From: Rotaria magnacalcarata
Lineage: Eukaryota
NCBI GenBank assembly: GCA_965120345.2
Contig: CBCPNL020002347.1
Location: forward strand, 3,775 to 12,877
DNA length: 9,103 nucleotides
Reading direction: 5' to 3'
Part shown: positions 7,525 through 9,103 of the stretch, piece by piece
Layout of the letters: every line of letters begins with the position of its first letter
Position numbering within the stretch: the stretch's first letter is position 1
The notes under the pieces: model-generated
Database searches by the model: none
The model's input: only the letters and a program-made list of their open reading frames with translations
What the model was told of the DNA's origin: nothing
Position numbers and translations under genes: made by a program

Positions 7525-7547
7525 AATATTTTTTCTCTTAATTTCAG
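7525..7547 (+). promoter_or_regulatory. Splice acceptor upstream of the second KKKKC gene
   Basis: caatattttttctcttaatttcag|attttgttttcatcgacaac; resembles the context upstream of the first KKKKC gene. Confidence 0.45.
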
Positions 7548-7627
7548 ATTTTGTTTTCATCGACAACACTGGGAAACAATCCTTCAAAACAAAAATTAAC
7601 AAAATCTATTCTAACGATACGGTGCTG

Positions 7628-9103
7628 ATGGACGTTCAATACGGAGATTGTGCTATGAAAATAAAGAAGAAGAAATGCCGTGGTGATCGAAAACGTCAAC
7701 GCTTCCGAAGACAACTCTATCGTCAAGGTTTAGATTCTAATACTGTCAAAAGGAAAGAAGAAGAAAAATTTGGTTCACAATCATCATCAATGAGAGAAGA
7801 ATCACGAAGAACTGACAAACAGCCGGTTATAGAAAATATTGAAGTATACATACCTCTAAATCGAGTAAGAATTATTATCACTTTTTGATACTCTAATATA
7901 AATGAAATTTTATTATATACATTTAGATTACACTATCCGAATTGAAAATGAACGATGAAGATAATGCGAGTGAAAATAGTAATCCATTTGCAATGAAACG
8001 AAAAAGATTCATATTAACACCAACACCAACAACAGAATCAAGATCAATACTTGATAAATCATGTAGTTCATCTATAGGATTACAACATAATTCTAAGAAA
8101 TCAAAAATAACAAGAACATTACCTACAGCAGCAGCATCGAATATTTCATCTCCTATTAATGAAAATGAAAAAAACATGAATGATATAGAACAATACAAAC
8201 CACATTATTTAAAAGTATCGGATCGAATATTTAAACAATTATTTGCCAATGGTAGTGATAATGGTTCTCAACTTGTGAAATGTTTGAATACTCCTGAAAA
8301 AATCCAATGTATTCGTGAGGTAACTGAAATAACAAATAATTTTCATTTTAAGGATTTTCAAGAAAAATTATGGCAAACATATGCAACTATAAGTTCTACC
8401 GATAATAAATGGGAATCTAAAATCACAAAAAAATTTGCTCGTGAACACAACACATGTCGAATGTATCGACCAAAAAAATCTTTCGTCCAACAACGACAAA
8501 TAATTGTTGCCAAACAAAAACAACAGCTACAAATAAAATTACAAGAAAATTTAGGTCAATTATTAAATCAAGTCGTCACATGGCAACCATCGATAGATGC
8601 AACATTATTATCAGATGCAATTGATACATGTGTTCGACATAATCTACGACGCTTAAAAGAAGAATATTTATTTAAAATGGATATGATAAAATTAAATTGG
8701 GCTGATCAAAACTTAATTCGAAAATTTTATGAATTAAAACCTAATGAAGATGTTATTCAAGCAGCTAAACAATTGTGGCAAATAGCTGCTGATGAATTAA
8801 GAACAAAAGAAAAACAGGAAATCTTTCGACAATGTATCTATCTGAAACGATTACCTAATAAAATAGAACAATTATTAAATAATTTACTTGATCATAATCG
8901 AAAAACGGTGAACAATTCCTTCTATGATGAAGATCAACGTGTTAGTTGTGATTCACGTTGCTTAAAAATGATTAATCAATGTCAATTCAATTTAATGTTA
9001 ATTTATTTGGATGAATTTACTATGTGTTTAGATCGTTATGAAAAAACTTACCAGAAATTAAAAGATCAATTAAAGAAAAAAAATCGCGAAAATCCAATAA
9101 TTT
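7628..9103 (+). CDS. Spliced gene, join(7628..7864,7927..>9103), at least 471 aa, 3' end outside window; basic motif KKKKCRGDRKRQRF plus a large helical domain; candidate N-terminal portion of a second Penelope-like element ORF
   Basis: After the 62 bp intron the frame is open for 1177 nt to the window edge (ITLSELKMNDEDNASE...KVSDRIFKQLF...WQPSIDATLLSDAIDTCVRHNLRRLKEEYLFKMDMIKLNWADQ...KTYQKLKDQLKKKNRENPII). I checked the frame against several line coordinates. Confidence 0.8.
7865..7926 (+). other. Spliceosomal intron, 62 bp
   Basis: CGA|GTAAGAATTATT...ATACATTTAG|ATT; joins VYIPLNR to ITLSELKMNDE in frame and bypasses the TGA in the intron. Confidence 0.85.

Noticed and set aside
7408-7726. 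Minus-strand ORFs 7408-7602 and 7544-7726
   Set aside because: Antisense shadows of gene B exon 1 and its upstream acceptor region.
7923-8198. Minus-strand ORF of 91 aa, MYCSISFMFFSFSLIGDEIFDAAAVGNVLV...
   Set aside because: Antisense shadow of the long plus-strand exon beginning at 7927, which is much longer and has splice support.

Overview
The window looks like accessory, probably subtelomeric, DNA of a bdelloid rotifer. Three things support this: repeated short blocks of TGTGGG / CCCACA (the bdelloid telomere unit), very A+T-rich genes with 41-72 bp GT-AG introns, and proteins resembling Athena-type (Penelope-like) retroelement ORFs. The left ~2.9 kb has no convincing gene. It contains a C-homopolymer tract and several telomere-like blocks, two of which sit head-to-head (G-rich then C-rich). 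Positions 2997-4135 form a non-coding foldback/TIR element with 160 and 190 bp terminal inverted repeats built from TTCGTCGC-type minisatellite units. Two hammerhead-ribozyme-like motifs (CUGANGA ... GAAACGCGUC) follow, 393 bp apart. Next come two more C-rich telomeric blocks and the coding region. The coding region holds (i) a frame-disrupted coiled-coil-like ORF (about 4875-5707), (ii) a spliced gene with a Lys/Arg-rich N-terminus (5834-7356, 4 introns inferred), probably the N-terminal part of a Penelope-like RT ORF truncated near a telomere-like block inside its fourth exon, and (iii) a second gene with the same basic N-terminal motif (7628 to beyond 9103). The 1.18 kb stop-free exon of the second gene is absent from the supplied ORF track. 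No RT catalytic motif lies inside the window, so the Athena/terminon assignment is inference to be tested. Best candidates for follow-up are the modular array of ribozyme motifs, telomeric junctions and tandem truncated elements, and the large uncharacterised protein at the right edge.
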